Shown piece by piece: positions 1 to 14,938 of a stretch of 64,000 bases of DNA. This stretch comes from Lama glama (taxonomy: Eukaryota): positions 96,846,001-96,910,000 of the forward strand of contig CM052817.1 of NCBI GenBank assembly GCA_028534125.1. The letters run 5' to 3'. A program made the position numbers and the translations under genes. Positions within the stretch are counted from its first letter, which is position 1, and the number at the start of each line of letters is the position of its first letter. The notes beneath the pieces are model-generated. The model saw only the letters and a list, made by a program, of their open reading frames with translations. It was not told the DNA's origin and did no database searches.

Positions 1-434
1 ATTAAGCAGGGGGCGGAAGCGGAAGCCCTGGTTTGGCCTTGGATTCCGCCTTGGGGGAATGTCCGGTACGAACGAGTGAAGACATCCTGGGGCCAGCGGG
101 TTTGAGTTATCGCCCCTTATCTATCAGCAGAATCCGGCAAGGAAACGCCTGCGAACCGGGGAGGAAGGAAGCTCGACCGCCCAAGAAAAGAGTGAGCGGG
201 CAGGCAGCCGCGGGGCAGAACCGAGCTGTGTGCAGGGTCCTTACAGGCCGGTCCGGCTCGGTGCCGCTCCCGTCGAGGCTATGCTGCAGGGGGAGCTCCG
301 AGCGATCCCGGCGTGAGGGGAGCAGCTCTGCCGGGGATTCCACCGCGGAAGAACTGGGTGGATGCACGGTAGAGAGGAAAGAATGCTGCCCGCACTGCTC
401 CCCGGTAGCATCTTGAGCGGCCGCATTTGTGACG

Positions 435-482
435 GCAGCAGCGGCAGCGGCAGCGGCAGCGGCAGCGGCAGCGGCAGCAGCA
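435..482 (+). repeat. GCA GCA (GCGGCA)6 GCA GCA tandem repeat in the presumed TMEM184C 5' UTR
   Basis: Read directly: six perfect GCGGCA units at 441-476 flanked by GCA triplets. Confidence 0.95.
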
Positions 483-602
483 GAAGCAGAAAGCACAGCG
501 TGGGCCAAGGAGGCGGTTCGAGCTGCTGAATAAGTCACCCAACGGCTGTTTTTCCGTAGTATGCGAGTCGACAGAACAGCCAAAGAACAGGGGTTCCCAT
601 AA

Positions 603-869
<267 letters not shown>

Positions 870-1784
870 TGATATCCTGAAAACCACGTCATGTAATGAA
901 CCCAGTCTTAGGACATAAACCTGTTGTTTCTGGTTGTTCACAGTTTTTCAGAGCTTTCTACGGGTGGAGGAAGGGCCGAGAAAATAGGATATATTAAGGT
1001 AGCGTCTTCGGAGAGCACTGTTTGCAAGCATTTATCAATTCCCTGAAAGTAAGGTAACTTTATTCCTGAAATCTGATCTATTCAAATATTAGACTTAACT
1101 AGATCCACTTTAAAGACCAGGTGTTGAATTTTATTAGCATTTAACTAGCTTCCTGGATTAAAAGGACGCGAGTTGGTTTAACTTTGTTGTTTGTTTTTAC
1201 TTTAGCAATTAACTCTTAACCAACAAAGTTTTGCAAAAAGTCCTTTGTATATTTTTTGATGTCATTCTTATTATGATATCAGTAAAGTAGTAAAAGCTGA
1301 AAGACCTCCCCGCCCCAGGTAAATACTTAACTAAGTGCTTTATGAAAATTGTAATAAACTTTAAGTTTGAAGTTAATAAGAACCTGGCGTATTTTTACTT
1401 AGAAACAACTATTTCACATGAGTTATGACAAGACCATGGGTTTTTTTTTAGGCTTTTTATGTGGAAATGATTTTTATACAATTAAATGAAATGTATTTAA
1501 TATGTTTGTTTTCTGTATGTTCACTTAAGTATTTTTTTGTTGACTTTCCCATACTAACATAGTCCATGTAGTTGTTTTTAATGTTATGTAACATTACACT
1601 GCATCGTTTCCCATTTATTAGATATTTAAGTTATTACCATAATTTGTCTAACAAAATTCAAGTATAGATATCTTAATACAAATAGGGATTTCTTTGGAGT
1701 ATTTCTTACTTTGAAGTATAGAAACTACTTTTAAGATTAATAATACGTATAATAACCTATCTTGAGACTTCTCTTAGGTGTTAG

Positions 1785-3044
1785 TGTCAATGGAAAAAAT
1801 TAATAGTCAATCTGAGGAAGAAATGGAAAATTTTATTTGAGGCAAACTGAGGCTTATAGCCCAGGAGACAGCCTCTCCGAGAGCTCTAAGAACTGTTCCG
1901 AAGAGATAAAGGGGGAAGCCAGCATATGTGTGATTTTGGTGCGGGGCAGCAATACATGCAGTCAAGCACACATCTCAGTAGATGGTTGCTGCTACTCACG
2001 AGGAACAGACATCTTAATAGCTTTAGTGCTTACCTAAGTATGTGACGATGCAAGAATCCAGGTTCATTAAAGTTTCTCCTGAAAATACCAATTTGAAGGC
2101 CCATTCTGCCAGTTTTCCCAGAGCACAGAGTGCCTCATCTGGATCTTACCCCCAGTTCCTTTCAGGGTGTAGTGTAGGTCAGCTTTTCAGTGACCACAGT
2201 GGCTAATGACTTGATTCTTGTAGAACTGGATGGTGGGCAGCATTCTTTATTTTACAGTACCTTCCCTTTCAGTCTTAATTTCTCCCAAGGTTTGGGAGGC
2301 ATTTCATGACAAGTTTGTCCCACAGCCAGGTGAGGATTTTGCTGATAAGCCACTCAATGTGCTATTACTGGACGAGGCCCTCTTAACAGTAGCCAAAAGC
2401 CTCTGGACCACCTGTCTCACTAGTCTTTTATGGTCCAGGAAATGGTTCCGTCTTATTGCTTCTTCCCAGATCTAGAGTCATGCTATTACAATCTTATAGA
2501 ACTGTATATTTGGTCAATCATTTCAAGTCACCTAATCATTAATTTTATCTGAGGCTCAGTCACACATTTGGTAATGCAAAAAACAATAATCTTGTAAAAC
2601 AGACAGAATACAAGTAATATAGTTAGTAACATTAATAAGGTCATAAGTATTTGAGCTAAGAACTTCCTTTAGGTGCAGGCCAGTATCTCCCCAGGTCATC
2701 TGACCACTCTGTTCAGCACCAGTCACTGTCTTTAAAGGAAACGATATATTGGCATTGTGCATAAAATTCACCAAAGATGTCTGTACTTAGAAGGCAAGTG
2801 ATGGGTCATCGTGACCCTTTCACAATTGAGAAAGGATGTTATCTTCTAAGGCATTACATGACTGGTGCCAGAAGGAGAAAAAGTGATGTTTATGGTTGCA
2901 CAGGTACTCCTGCCAATGGGGAGGTCTGGTTATGATGCAGGTGCACAGTGCACACTAGAGGGGACGGGGGAGGCCACAGGACTGAGAAAGTTTTTTGTGT
3001 AAATTTTTCTTGTCTAGCCTTAAGATGTGAATTTTATTTCATTA
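1785..3044 (-). mobile_element. ERV remnant: LTR (1785-2256) with polypurine tract and adjacent internal/LTR-like sequence
   Basis: TG...CA-bounded 472-bp block; purine tract GAAAGGGAAGG just 5' of it on the - strand; shares motifs (agctct-aga/gagg-aactgttcc) with the element at 51144. Confidence 0.6.
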
Positions 3045-3399
3045 TTGATTTCAACTGTACTTTTTAAGTACCAGGTTTTAAGGAAAAATTTCAGGTCTGC
3101 AGTCTCCCCTGCTAACACCCTGAGCCAAATTCTCATCATGTATTGCCAGGGCTCTTCTGAACACACCTGCCAAAGTATCCAGTTAAAACATTAAGTCACA
3201 TTATGTGTGGCCTTTTCTCAAAATTTTCCATTCACTCCTAGTCCCAGATTAAAAGCCAGTATCCCTGACTATGGCATCAAGGCCCAGCATGACTTGATAC
3301 CCACCCCAGCACCCCACCTCCCATCTTCCTTGGACTTTCTCTCCTCAGTTCCTGGGCCTCTACCACACCAGGATCTAACACGATATATATTTTACTTAT

Positions 3400-3538
3400 T
3401 TTATAGAATTTATTTATTTTGAGGGGTGGGGTAGTTAGGTTTATTTATTTATTTATTTTGGAGGCGGTACTGGGGATTGAAACCAGGACCTCATGCATGC
3501 TAAGCATGCACTCTACCACTTGAGCTATACTTTCACCC
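3400..3538 (-). mobile_element. tRNA-Ala-derived SINE (camelid vic-1-like)
   Basis: Reverse complement reads TATAGCTCAAGTGGTAGAGTGCATGCTTAGCATGCATGAGGTCCTGGTTTCAATCCCCAGTACC, then (AAAT)n, a C-rich spacer and an A-rich tail. Confidence 0.85.
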
Positions 3539-3779
3539 TTTATTTTACTTAACTTTATTTTCTCCTTCTGCCCAAGGGTCTGATACTTAATAAATGATTA
3601 TTTGAGTCCCAATGATAAATCAGGCTTGTATTCTAATATAGTTAGAGAAACTGCACCTACTTTCATGGAACTTAGTGGTGGAGATGAACACAGCCAACAA
3701 AAACAAATCAATAAAATAAAATTATATAAAATGCTATGGAGGAAACTCGAAAAGATCTAAGAAATGAACAGGCAGGGCA

Positions 3780-4700
3780 ACATTATTACACATCTTCAAA
3801 AGACAACTCTAGCAGCCTATGGAAAATTAAGTGGACGTGAAGAGATGCTGGAAGGCTCCTTAAAGTAGTTCAGAGGTATTAGGTGCCTGGGCTATAATGA
3901 CTTTTGGTGCAAGTCAGAATGGCAGATATAGAGATGGAAAACTGAATTTTAAGTATCATTGGAAGTGAAGAAACAGGACCTGATGGTGGATTGGACTGGG
4001 GAGGAGAGGCAGTGAGAGAAAGGGAGAAATCAAGAAGCACTCTGAGGTTTATGTCTAAACCACAGGGTAAATGGTAATGATAGTGACCAAGATGGAAAAT
4101 CGATGGACAGGGACTGGTCTGAGAGAATTTGAGTTCTGCTTTGGACACTTAGGTATATCGTGTGGGCATGTCAGCTGTGCAGTTGGACATGCAAGTCGAG
4201 GGCTTGGAAAGGTTCGAGCTGCAGATACAAATGTAAGAGTTGTCAGAACAGAGATGGTGTTTAAAGGCATAAGGATGGATGAGATTATGAAGGGGAAGAA
4301 GAAAAGGCCGAGGACCTAGCACCAGCATTTAGAGGTCAAGTAGAAGAATAAGAACTTAAAAAAAAAAAAAAAAAGCAGCCAGTGGGGAATAGAGTGCTGG
4401 GAGCCAGAACAGGAGATTGTCTCAAGAAGGACAAAGTAGTGAACAGTCTGGTGCCGCTGAGACGCCCATTGATTTTCACAAGATAGGAGGGTCATTTGCG
4501 ATACTCATCCTGGTTTCAATGGAGGTGTCAGGGCCGGAGCTTAGAGGGTGTTGTTTGAAGAATCAATGTGGAGTGAAGAAGTGGTATCAGGATATGAAGA
4601 CAAGTGTTTGTTCATTTTGTTTGTTTTGAGTATTTTGACTCAGAGGGCCTGAAAAATGAATGGCACAGTACATAGAGGAGTGTGGATTAAGGCAGGGTTT
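3780..4700 (-). mobile_element. Degenerate L2 LINE fragments
   Basis: L2-like purine-rich phrases (gagttctgctttggacactt, ggatggatgagatt); boundaries approximate. Confidence 0.5.
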
Positions 4701-7553
4701 CTTTTCCCCCCTGTTGTGTTTTTTTGTTGTTGTTGTTAAGGTGTTAGAGACACTAACTAGTGCGTGTCCCTAGGATAAGGTATAATTTAATATAATCTTC
4801 TTTAAAACCCTGAAGCATAGGAGTTATCCCTATTTTACAGATGGGAAAACTGAGACACGTAAGTGGCAGAAGTACCACTGCACTAAGTGCTTAATATACA
4901 ATCTCCTTATCATCCTTTTCATCATTATTCCCTAGATGAGTTTATGTCTTTAAAATGCTTAACACTGTGCCCGGCACATGGTAGGTGCTCAATAAGCCCT
5001 AATTACCACTGTTGTTTTTAAAATATCATCACTGTTATTGCAGAGTGGCTGTTTCTTGTGGAACAGCATTTTAGTTGGGATTAGGTTTTCAATGGAACAC
5101 CTAAAGCAGAGTTATGTGCCTCTGATCGAGCACTAGAAAAAGTAGTTGGCATATTAAGGGACAGTTTTATATGAAAAATCCTTGTTTTTTAAGCACTAGA
5201 ATCACGGTGCTCACACAGGGGGAACTGAGGTTGCAGAAAGCTGCAGGTTTGGATAGCCCGTCCCATGCCCATGGTGGGGCACATACTCACCGCTGGAGAG
5301 GCATGATGACCATGTGCGCTGTTCAAACCATGTCTCTCCCTCTCTTACTCGACTGAGCACATATAATAGAGGTCACAGAAGCTCAGTGCACCTGTGATGT
5401 CACGTTGCTCTGCAGTCATCTTGCCCCACCCCTGTGGTCTTATGTCCCAAGTAGCTACTCCTGTTTCCCGGAGGAGGATTGGGCCCAGAAAGCACCGTCC
5501 TGTTTCTCTCCACTTTGAAAGCTTTTGGCTGATGGACACTTAACTCACTCCTGGATGCTTGTCTTTAATGGTTTTTTTCCTTCCTCTCTACTTTCTTCAA
5601 GTTACCTTAGGAAAAAAAGCTACACTACTTATGTCCTTGTTTTGTGAGCAAAAAAAAAACCCTACTCGTGGCTGATAAGTTTAATATTAATGAGATCCTC
5701 CTATCAATGTGTCTCCAGTGTGAATAATTTATTTAGAGGTAAATGTAAATTAAATTAAAATAAATGTAATAATCATATTAATAATATCTGTAGATTCTAG
5801 AGTTATTTTATTATCATGTCACCTAAATATGTACACACATAAAATAGGTTAAATTTCTTATGCATATAGCTTTTTATATAGCTCAAAAATCAAAACAGTT
5901 ATAAAACCAGTGATTCAAATTAGTGGCATTAAGGCGAACAGATGATGTTTTTCTGAAACTAAATTGCAGTATAAAACTGGTACTAATTCCATGATCAAGA
6001 TTTTTTACATTTGGAATCACGCTACTGAAATGACTCAATTTTCCAGTCACTTGTTTCATGATCGTTTGAAAAAGAGTTTTCTTCCTTACAGCACACTGAG
6101 GATGCTTGGCCTTCATTAGTCACAACCACATCCTGTTTCTCTTAAGGCTACCCCCAGGTTCTACCTTTTGGCACTAAGGCAACCACACAAACAAATGTGG
6201 GCATTAAACTTCTTGGCAAGACTGTTCTTAATGATCACATAATAAAGAAGGCCTGGAGTATCTGATGATGATGACATCATCATTAAAATGAGCCCTGAAT
6301 CTTAAATGAAATTGTGCCAAGCAAAAATCTCTGGAAAATTATTGCTCAGACATTCTTTTCAGAACCTTCACCTCTACATATTTGCTTTTGACTTACTGCT
6401 TTGATTAACCTCCAGCAGTCAGCAAGACTTCTATATCTGCTTTCACGTTTTCCATACAGTTTAATATAGAAATTCATTGTAAAAATACATTGGTTCTCTA
6501 TACTTTTGTTTTCTACTTCTTTAATCCTTGACCCTTGATGGAGAAAAAATCTTGTGCATAACAGTAAATACTACAAGTTGCAGGCATCAGTTCTATTCTC
6601 ATGAACTGTTCGAACTCAAGTACTAAAAATACTTTCCTTTTATGACATTTTATTGTGAATGTAAAGAAATACCACAGGTCTTTATGTTACCAGGTACTAA
6701 AAATGCCCGCCGTTTTACTTTAAAAAGTCAGTATTTGCATTTTTTTATAATCAAAAATATTCACATTCTTCAAGGCAGGAGTACAAATTAATATAAAATT
6801 CATTCCCAGTGGTCCCTCAGGTAGAACAGAGGTTCAGCTAAATTTGTTTTTACCAGAAAACAAGTAGATTACTTCAACCCTTAGGATGGGGTTGTTCAAA
6901 GTGTATTTTTAGGAATTGAGCTTTTAAAGGATAAAATATTGATCAGAAGTTGAAATTAAATCTTAAATCTTAAAAAAAATGTAGTGTCCCAAGTTGATAC
7001 TGTTGTGTGAAAGAGGGGCATCACGTATCAGCACGGTTCCCCTGGACGGTGTTTGTGGCAGTGCTTAGCAAGTGGGAGGGTTAAAAGACAGGATGTGTGT
7101 AAAGAGCTTAGCCAAGTATCAGGCAAATAGTCAGCACTCACTCTGTTCTACTGACATGCTGGGCAACAATAAAATTGACAGAAAATGTTGGTAGATTTTG
7201 ATCTAGATGTAAAAGCAAAGGAATAAGCCAGAAAAAGATTTTTAGATTTGACTTGCAGAAAGCTTTAAAACTTCTGTACATCTTCAGTTACAATAATCAA
7301 ATATAAAAGGCAAATAACAAGCTAGGGAGAAATGACATGATGTTAATGTTTTTAATGCGTAGAGCCCTGTTACAGAAGGCCCCACGAGGAAGTGTTCAGC
7401 CTCATGAGGAAGAACCCTCCCCTTCCTTCCGCAAAAGCAGAAAATAGGCTGTTTATTGAAGAGAAATAAAAATGCCACTAGTCACTTGGAAAATATTGAG
7501 CCTCATTAATAATAAAATAAATTAAAATTTTTAAATATGAATATTTTACTTAG

Positions 7554-7739
<186 letters not shown>

Positions 7740-7836
7740 TAAAATTTCATTTGTTTTGATTCTACTAGTGTTGTGTTGGCTTGTCTCATAAATATGATGT
7801 AAAATGTTTTAAATTTATGTTTTGCTTTCCAAATAG

Positions 7837-7873
7837 GATTCTTTGGATGGTACCCATATACAGTTTAGATAGT
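7837..7873 (+). CDS. TMEM184C: TMEM184C exon 3 (R-ILWMVPIYSLDS)
   Basis: tag|G acceptor, AGT|gtaagt donor; 37 nt; follows a 98-nt intron. Confidence 0.95.
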
Positions 7874-8598
7874 GTAAGTATGCTTCATTTTATCTCATTA
7901 ACTAAGAACTTGTTTGATGATACTAACATAATTAAGGTAATAAAAATATGTTATTTGGCAATAAGGAGTTAGATTAGTAAGTGAAAAGGTTCGCTTGTAT
8001 TTAATGTTAATTAAGAAGATAAAGTATAACCATAGAAAAGGCAGATGTTTTAAAAATCTATAGTTTGTTTTCTTTGCTTAATCTTTTAAAATCTCGGATT
8101 TGTAGTTCTTAGTCCTTTAAAGATGTAATATTTAAAATTACATTGTCATCCTTTTTATTTATTATATCTTTTATTTGGACCAAAACAGAAACCTTCCCTA
8201 ATGGATTCTAATACATGCAGCTGTTACAGATAACTGCTTTAATTTGATTAAATATAAAGAAAATGTCCTTAACATCATTTTCTATGATCGTGTCAGTAAA
8301 AATTTCGGATTATATTTAAAAACTCAAGTACATAATTTAACTTCTCTCTTCATGTTCATTATTTACCCTCAACACAAATGTTTTTGTTTACCAATATCCA
8401 AGGTGTTTATTGCTTTTAAAAACTCCTTTCACAGATTATCTGGTAGTCCTCATAATGAAAAAATTTAGAAAAGTTGATGCAAGTATGTGACAAGACACCT
8501 TAAGTTTAAAAGTAGACTTACTGTGAGTACCATGCATTGGAATGGTAATTCATTTTATTGTAGCTGCAACTACTTTTAACATCTGTGCTTTTTCATAG

Positions 8599-8805
<207 letters not shown>

Positions 8806-9931
8806 TAAGTATGTTTGGTTTTAATTCTCTTATGTTTGGGATTGCTTAAGCAGATTGAAATATCACTTTTCTGCAAAGCAGTGTGTTAAGTACTTATGCA
8901 GGACAAAAAGTGTAAGAGAGTCCCTACCCTTATGTAGTTCATATTCAAGTTTGAAGACTAACAAAACACATTTTTGTAATATACACATATAAGTTAGTCT
9001 CTTTTACATTGTTCATCCTAAGTAGAAAACTTAAAATATTAATGGGGGAGGGAGACTTTGGAAATCACTTAATCAACATCCTTTTAAAATTGGGAGCCAG
9101 AGTCTGTAGAGATTAACTAACTCAAGATCACATAGTTAGTCGATGGCAAAATCAGATCTAAGACCCAAGAAAATAGTCTAGGTGGGGAAGTAGCATTTGA
9201 TATGAAATAAAAACAACAAACAGCAATCTTTATCCTAGTAATATATAAATTAGTTAGCCTTATTATACATCCATTTAGGACAGTAAAGGAAAATAAAAAA
9301 TAAAGCCTGAAAACTTTACTTGAAGCTAGCATTGCATTTACTGTACGAATGAACCATTGGATATTTGTCGGCAAGGTAACATTTGAAGACAGCATTTTAG
9401 AAAGATTAATCTTGCAGTACTATACAGGATGCATTAGGAGAAGAATCCAAAGGGGAAGTAAATTAGGAGGGTATTATAGTAGTTGATTTGTAAAATAAGC
9501 TGAAGAGGAGGCGCATGAAATTGGAACAGAAAGGAAAGAGTAAGAGAATGAAACTGGAGAATCAATAGGACTTGGTCAGTGATGGGGATGTAGGTGAGAG
9601 TTGCAAGCCAAGGTAACCAGAATGATTTGGAGTAATTAGTTTAGATATATGACCTAGGAATAGCTACATTGTCTTCCATTCAACACAGAACCATTTGTAC
9701 AACATCAGCACTAAATATAAGTGTCTCTCCTTACACCCCTGTAAGGACAGGGAGCTCCCTGACTGTTTGAAATAATAAGCTCCCAAGGTGTTACTTGACA
9801 AATATGTATTGAGCACCTAGTATGTTCCAGCATGTAGATATATCCTAGTACATACAACAGGTAGCTACAGTTTGGTTAAGAGGATTAGGAATTAAATGAA
9901 GACAAATAATTACTCATTTCAGTAAACACTA

Positions 9932-10374
9932 TGAAGGAAAAAGAACAAGAGTTTATGAATGAGGATAGCAAGGAAAAACTCATGTAGGTTGGGGATGGGG
10001 GGAGGGATACTCTGCTCAGCTCCAAACACAAGAACAAACAGACATTCATAGCCAAAGAGATTGAGACGGTCACTGGACAGAAAATTACAAGAGGAAACAT
10101 CAAGGGTAGGGGGATTCATGGCCCATGAAATAACAAGAATCTTGGTAAAGGCAGGCCAAGTGAACATCAAGAGAGGAATGAGAAGCTTGGTCAAGTAGGA
10201 TATCAAGAGTAATCGGATACTGGGGTGGGGGGACGGGTGGTGATGGATGTCTTAGCAGGATTTTTTACTCAGACTGACTTCACAGGCCAAGGACAGGGCC
10301 TAAAGATGATGCCGAGTTGAAAAGAAATGTCAGAGGAACCCTGTCTGAAGTTTGGTCAAGGAGAGAGATTGTCA
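9932..10374 (-). mobile_element. ERV1 solo LTR, MER31/MER67-like
   Basis: The - strand begins TGACAATCTCTCTCCTTGACCAAACTTCAG, matching my recollection of the MER31/67 5' end, and ends in CA. Confidence 0.6.
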
Positions 10375-11319
10375 AGTGAGAAGCCATTGTAGGATGTTAA
10401 GCGGAGACTGGTATCCAAGTTTCATTTTCTAAGCTTACTGGGCTCTTTGTAGACTGAATTGGAAGTGGGCTTGGATGGAGGAGAGTGCAGTGGTCCAGTA
10501 AATGTGATAATGCTGATGATGCCGTGGCTTTGATCAGGACTCTTCTATTAACACAGAACCTGAGATGAGGCTCAAGCTGCCTTTTCAGGCTGGCTCATCG
10601 CAGTTTGCAATGGTCAACTAAAACCCAAAACCTTTTTCAAAAGATGCTAAAGGTCAAAATTCCCCTTGTCTGTGCTTGTGCAATTCATTTGTTCCTAACC
10701 ACACAAGCAGTTAACATTTATTCTTGTTAATCTCTGTGTTGGTTTCTTTTTTTTTTCCTGAGATAGCTGCTGCCTGAACGCTATCAGCAGTGCATCCGTA
10801 ACTATAACCCAGGTTTTCTGTCCTTTGAAGACATTAAGCATTTACCAGAATCATGCGGTTTGGGGGTATGGTTTTAGTAACGATAAAACTTCTCATTCTC
10901 TTATATGTAAGTACATTGTAGGTTACCAGTTAGTTTCCTTCTCCTGGAAGACTGGTGTTACATATCTGATGTTTAATCAGGCTGTTGCTGTTTAGGATAA
11001 TTCAGTGTGATGCTTTGGTTTAAGATGCAAATGCCATGGGGAGTTTCCTATCCTTCGATGATAAAACTACATCTGCTTTTTATGTTCTGGTTTCTGTAAC
11101 ATAAGCAGTGAGCACAATGAGTTTTCTTTGAATGAACGTTACATGTTGTGTATGAGAGGTGGGGACCATTTATTTTACCTAGTGATTTAATACAGTTATG
11201 AAAGAGATTTTCTCATGAAACAGTACTAACTCTTATTACGTATTCCCTTCTTCCCTCTTGTTTTTAAAATTGGCGTCACAGCCCATGTTGAATTTGACAC
11301 AATTTGAAAAAAATTGCTC

Positions 11320-12560
11320 TAGGGCATATACCTTGGAATAGATATGCTAGGTTTTTAGGTTTTGTTCAACTTTGTTTGTGATAAATTGTTTGCTAGAGTG
11401 GCAGTACCAGATTACTCTCCCATTAACAGTAGAAAATATTTCTCATTGAACCACAACTTCACCTATATTTAGAAATACCCAGACCTCTTTATGCTTGCCT
11501 GTCAGGAGGGTGCAAAGTATCACTGTGCTCTTGATTTCCCTGATTAGTAGTGAGATTGAGCAACTTTTAAAATGTTTTTAGCCATTTGTATTTCCTTTTC
11601 TAGGGAATGATTGTTGCTGTTTCTGATTCTTTTAATGGGCTGTCTGTCTGTAGGGGATCCTTATATGTTTAGATACTAATTCCTTATTTAATGTGTGTTT
11701 AAAAATATCTTTTTCCAGTTTTTGGCATGCTTTGGCACTTTTATTATATCTTTTGTTAAATGGAAGCTGTTGTGAATTTTAATATAGTTGAATTTATCAG
11801 TCTTATTTATAGTAAGTATTTTTGTGTCTTACTCCAAAAATTCTTCCCATCCACAGGATTACAGAAACATTCTCCTGTGCTTTTCTTCTAAACATTTCAT
11901 ATTTTTTCCATTAAGACTAATAAACACATTGCTTTTTTCTTCATATGTTGTGTGAGGTAGGAATGCAATTTCAGTTTATTCCATTGGCTCACTTAAAAGT
12001 TCCTTTAGTGTCAGTGTCTCAGTAGCAAATTTTCTCACATATACTTATCCAAAGTGTCTTTATTTTGCCCTCATTCTTGAAAGATAGTTTTGCTGGATGT
12101 AATTCTCTGCTGACAGGAATGTTTTCTAAACATTTTGAAGATTTTATCCCACCTAATTCTGGCTTCAGTTGTTACTGTTAAGCCTCTGCTGTCAAGCTAA
12201 TCATCGTTCCACTATAGGTGACATGTCCAACTGCATTTTTAAGACCCTCCCTGTCTTTGATGTTTTGCAGTTTCACTCTGGAGTATGTAAGTTATTTTGT
12301 TTTTGTTTTCAGTCCTGCTTAATTTACAGTGTGCCTCAGTCTGTAGATTCGTGTCTTCAATCAGTTCTGAAAAGTTCTCAGCCATAATCTCTTCCAATTT
12401 TGCCTTTCAGTCCTCTTCTATAACTTTGAGTGCATGTTAGACCTTCTGATTCTGTTCTGTTCTTTGTAACTCCCTTTCACATTTGTCTCTTTGTCTCAGC
12501 CTTTCCTATTCTGGGCAATTTCTTCAGCTACACCTTCCAGTTCATTAATTCTCCACAGCT
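11320..12560 (-). mobile_element. Old L1 (L1M-type) fragments
   Basis: T-rich antisense L1 phrases (tttccctgattagtagtgagattgagcaac; tcattcttgaaagatagttttgctggat). Confidence 0.55.
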
Positions 12561-13606
12561 TTCAAAGGTATCTGACTATTTAATACATTTGCATAGTCAC
12601 CATGGTGGTCTCAGGTTTGATTTGATGATCAGCTCGTGGAACACTGTAGGTGTAACCCAACTCCCACTTAACTTACTTTGTAAGGAGTGTGGGGCCGGAA
12701 GCACAGCATGTACGGCCCAGACATTCTGATCACAAGGTCTTGCAAGAAGCCCAAGTGCAGCCCCGGGCCCACCTCCGCAGAGGGGTGGGAGTGAACCACC
12801 TCAGCACCGGGAAGGCTCTCAGCACACAGAACACCAGCAGCTTTTTGTTCAGTCCTAGTGGCCTAGTACCTCACAGTCTGTATGTCAGACTCACCTTCGT
12901 CTCAGTATCGATGTAATTCTTAAATTAGAGGATTTGTAATACATAAGATTGATAAAGGAGTGCTACATAAACTTTTGCCCTCAGAGCAACTTGGTTTTTT
13001 AAAGGCTTACTTGCACAAGGCTGTCGGGTAGAGAGCCTTTTTTTTGGTAGTTGATGTTTTGGAACTTTTTTGTTTTGTTTGTTACTCCTCGTGAATTTCC
13101 CTGTACATTCAGTGACGTCAGTGATAGAATAAAAACTGTTCTATGCAGGATCTTTGTTTTGTCCTTTCAGAGTATCTGATTCAGAGCTCACAGTCAATGA
13201 TAATCTCTGGAATGATACAGAAACACCAAGCTTGAAAAGAAACTGAATCCTAAATGTAAATAATACTTTCTAAATATGCTTTCATATACACAAGCCTACA
13301 CGTAATTTATTTGCTGCTCAGTTTTCTTCCAGAACCACACAGGCACCCACTTCTGCTCTTCATTCTTGTTCTCTGCTGTGCTGTTCAGGAACTTGAGACT
13401 GTGCACAGAGAGGGGGATCTTTCAGAAGATGCAATTGTTACATAATTTTTAAAATATATTTAAATAACTTGTTTGCGGGCATCCACATTCTTTCCCAATA
13501 GCCATTTAGAATGACTGAATTAAAAGGATTAAATATAAATCTGGCATCATTTGTCAAAGTGATTTTAATTTGGGGGCTTTGGAGAAACCTGATACAATTG
13601 AAATGA

Positions 13607-13717
<111 letters not shown>

Positions 13718-14737
13718 TAAGTAAAGTTATATTATTATCCATTTTTTTTTAAATCCTCATGCTCTTACTTAAGTGGAAACAACTGAGTAGAAAAACATGT
13801 TAAAACTGTTTTGTATGTAACACATGTAGTCTGTTATTTAAAAAAAAGTATATAGAAACCATGCTATATTAGAACAAATAAGGTGACCTTTCATAGAATT
13901 CACTACAGAATTCTTCAAAATAATACTCTCTCTAGATATTTTTAGAAAGCATTTTAAAAATACTCTTCTTCAAGTATTAATGTTCACAGTTTTACAGAAA
14001 CATCTAGTACATGACATTAAAGTAAACCACTTCAGAGTCATTGCATGGTTTTATTTTCTAAATGAGTACTGTATTCTAAAGAAGTCATAGTTTTCTTTTT
14101 AAAGAATTCTGTCAAGGCATAGCACTTGAGGTTAAATGGGGTATCATTAAGCTACCTAGTAAAACTATTCCCTAAAAATTTAAGAGCATCAGGTAGTTTA
14201 AAGCAGGTAGATTGCATGTTTTATCTGCTAGTTACAACCAACAGTCTCTGTTCACAGGAGGGATGGGAAGAAAGGTAAAGGAAGCCTTCAGTTCTCTGTT
14301 CTGCTTTTGTGCTGGCAATTCTTCAGACATTTACCTTGGCATTAAGACTAATTCACTTATTTCTGAAGGCATGCTTTATTTCTTGGCTATTTAGAAATTG
14401 GGTAATCAAATAACTTAACACTTAGATCTGGGTCATAATTGAAGTTGCCTCCAAGACAGTTTGGGAGATAAAATTACAGTTGTTGTTGGAGGCCTGCATT
14501 ATATGTTTGTAACAGTCAAGCTTTTGAGAAACTGGCAGCATAATTTGTTTGCCTCTAATAATTAACCCATTCTAGTTCAGTGTATTTGTCTTTTGGATTT
14601 ACTTCAAGCTGGAGAAATAATCATATGGTAACATTTATGGAAAAATGTTTTCCTTTTAAATTTTGAACCACCTTTATCACTGGATAATCTATCAAGTGAT
14701 TATCTACAGGATCTTTTAAACTGACTTCTGAATTTAA

Positions 14738-14938
<201 letters not shown>

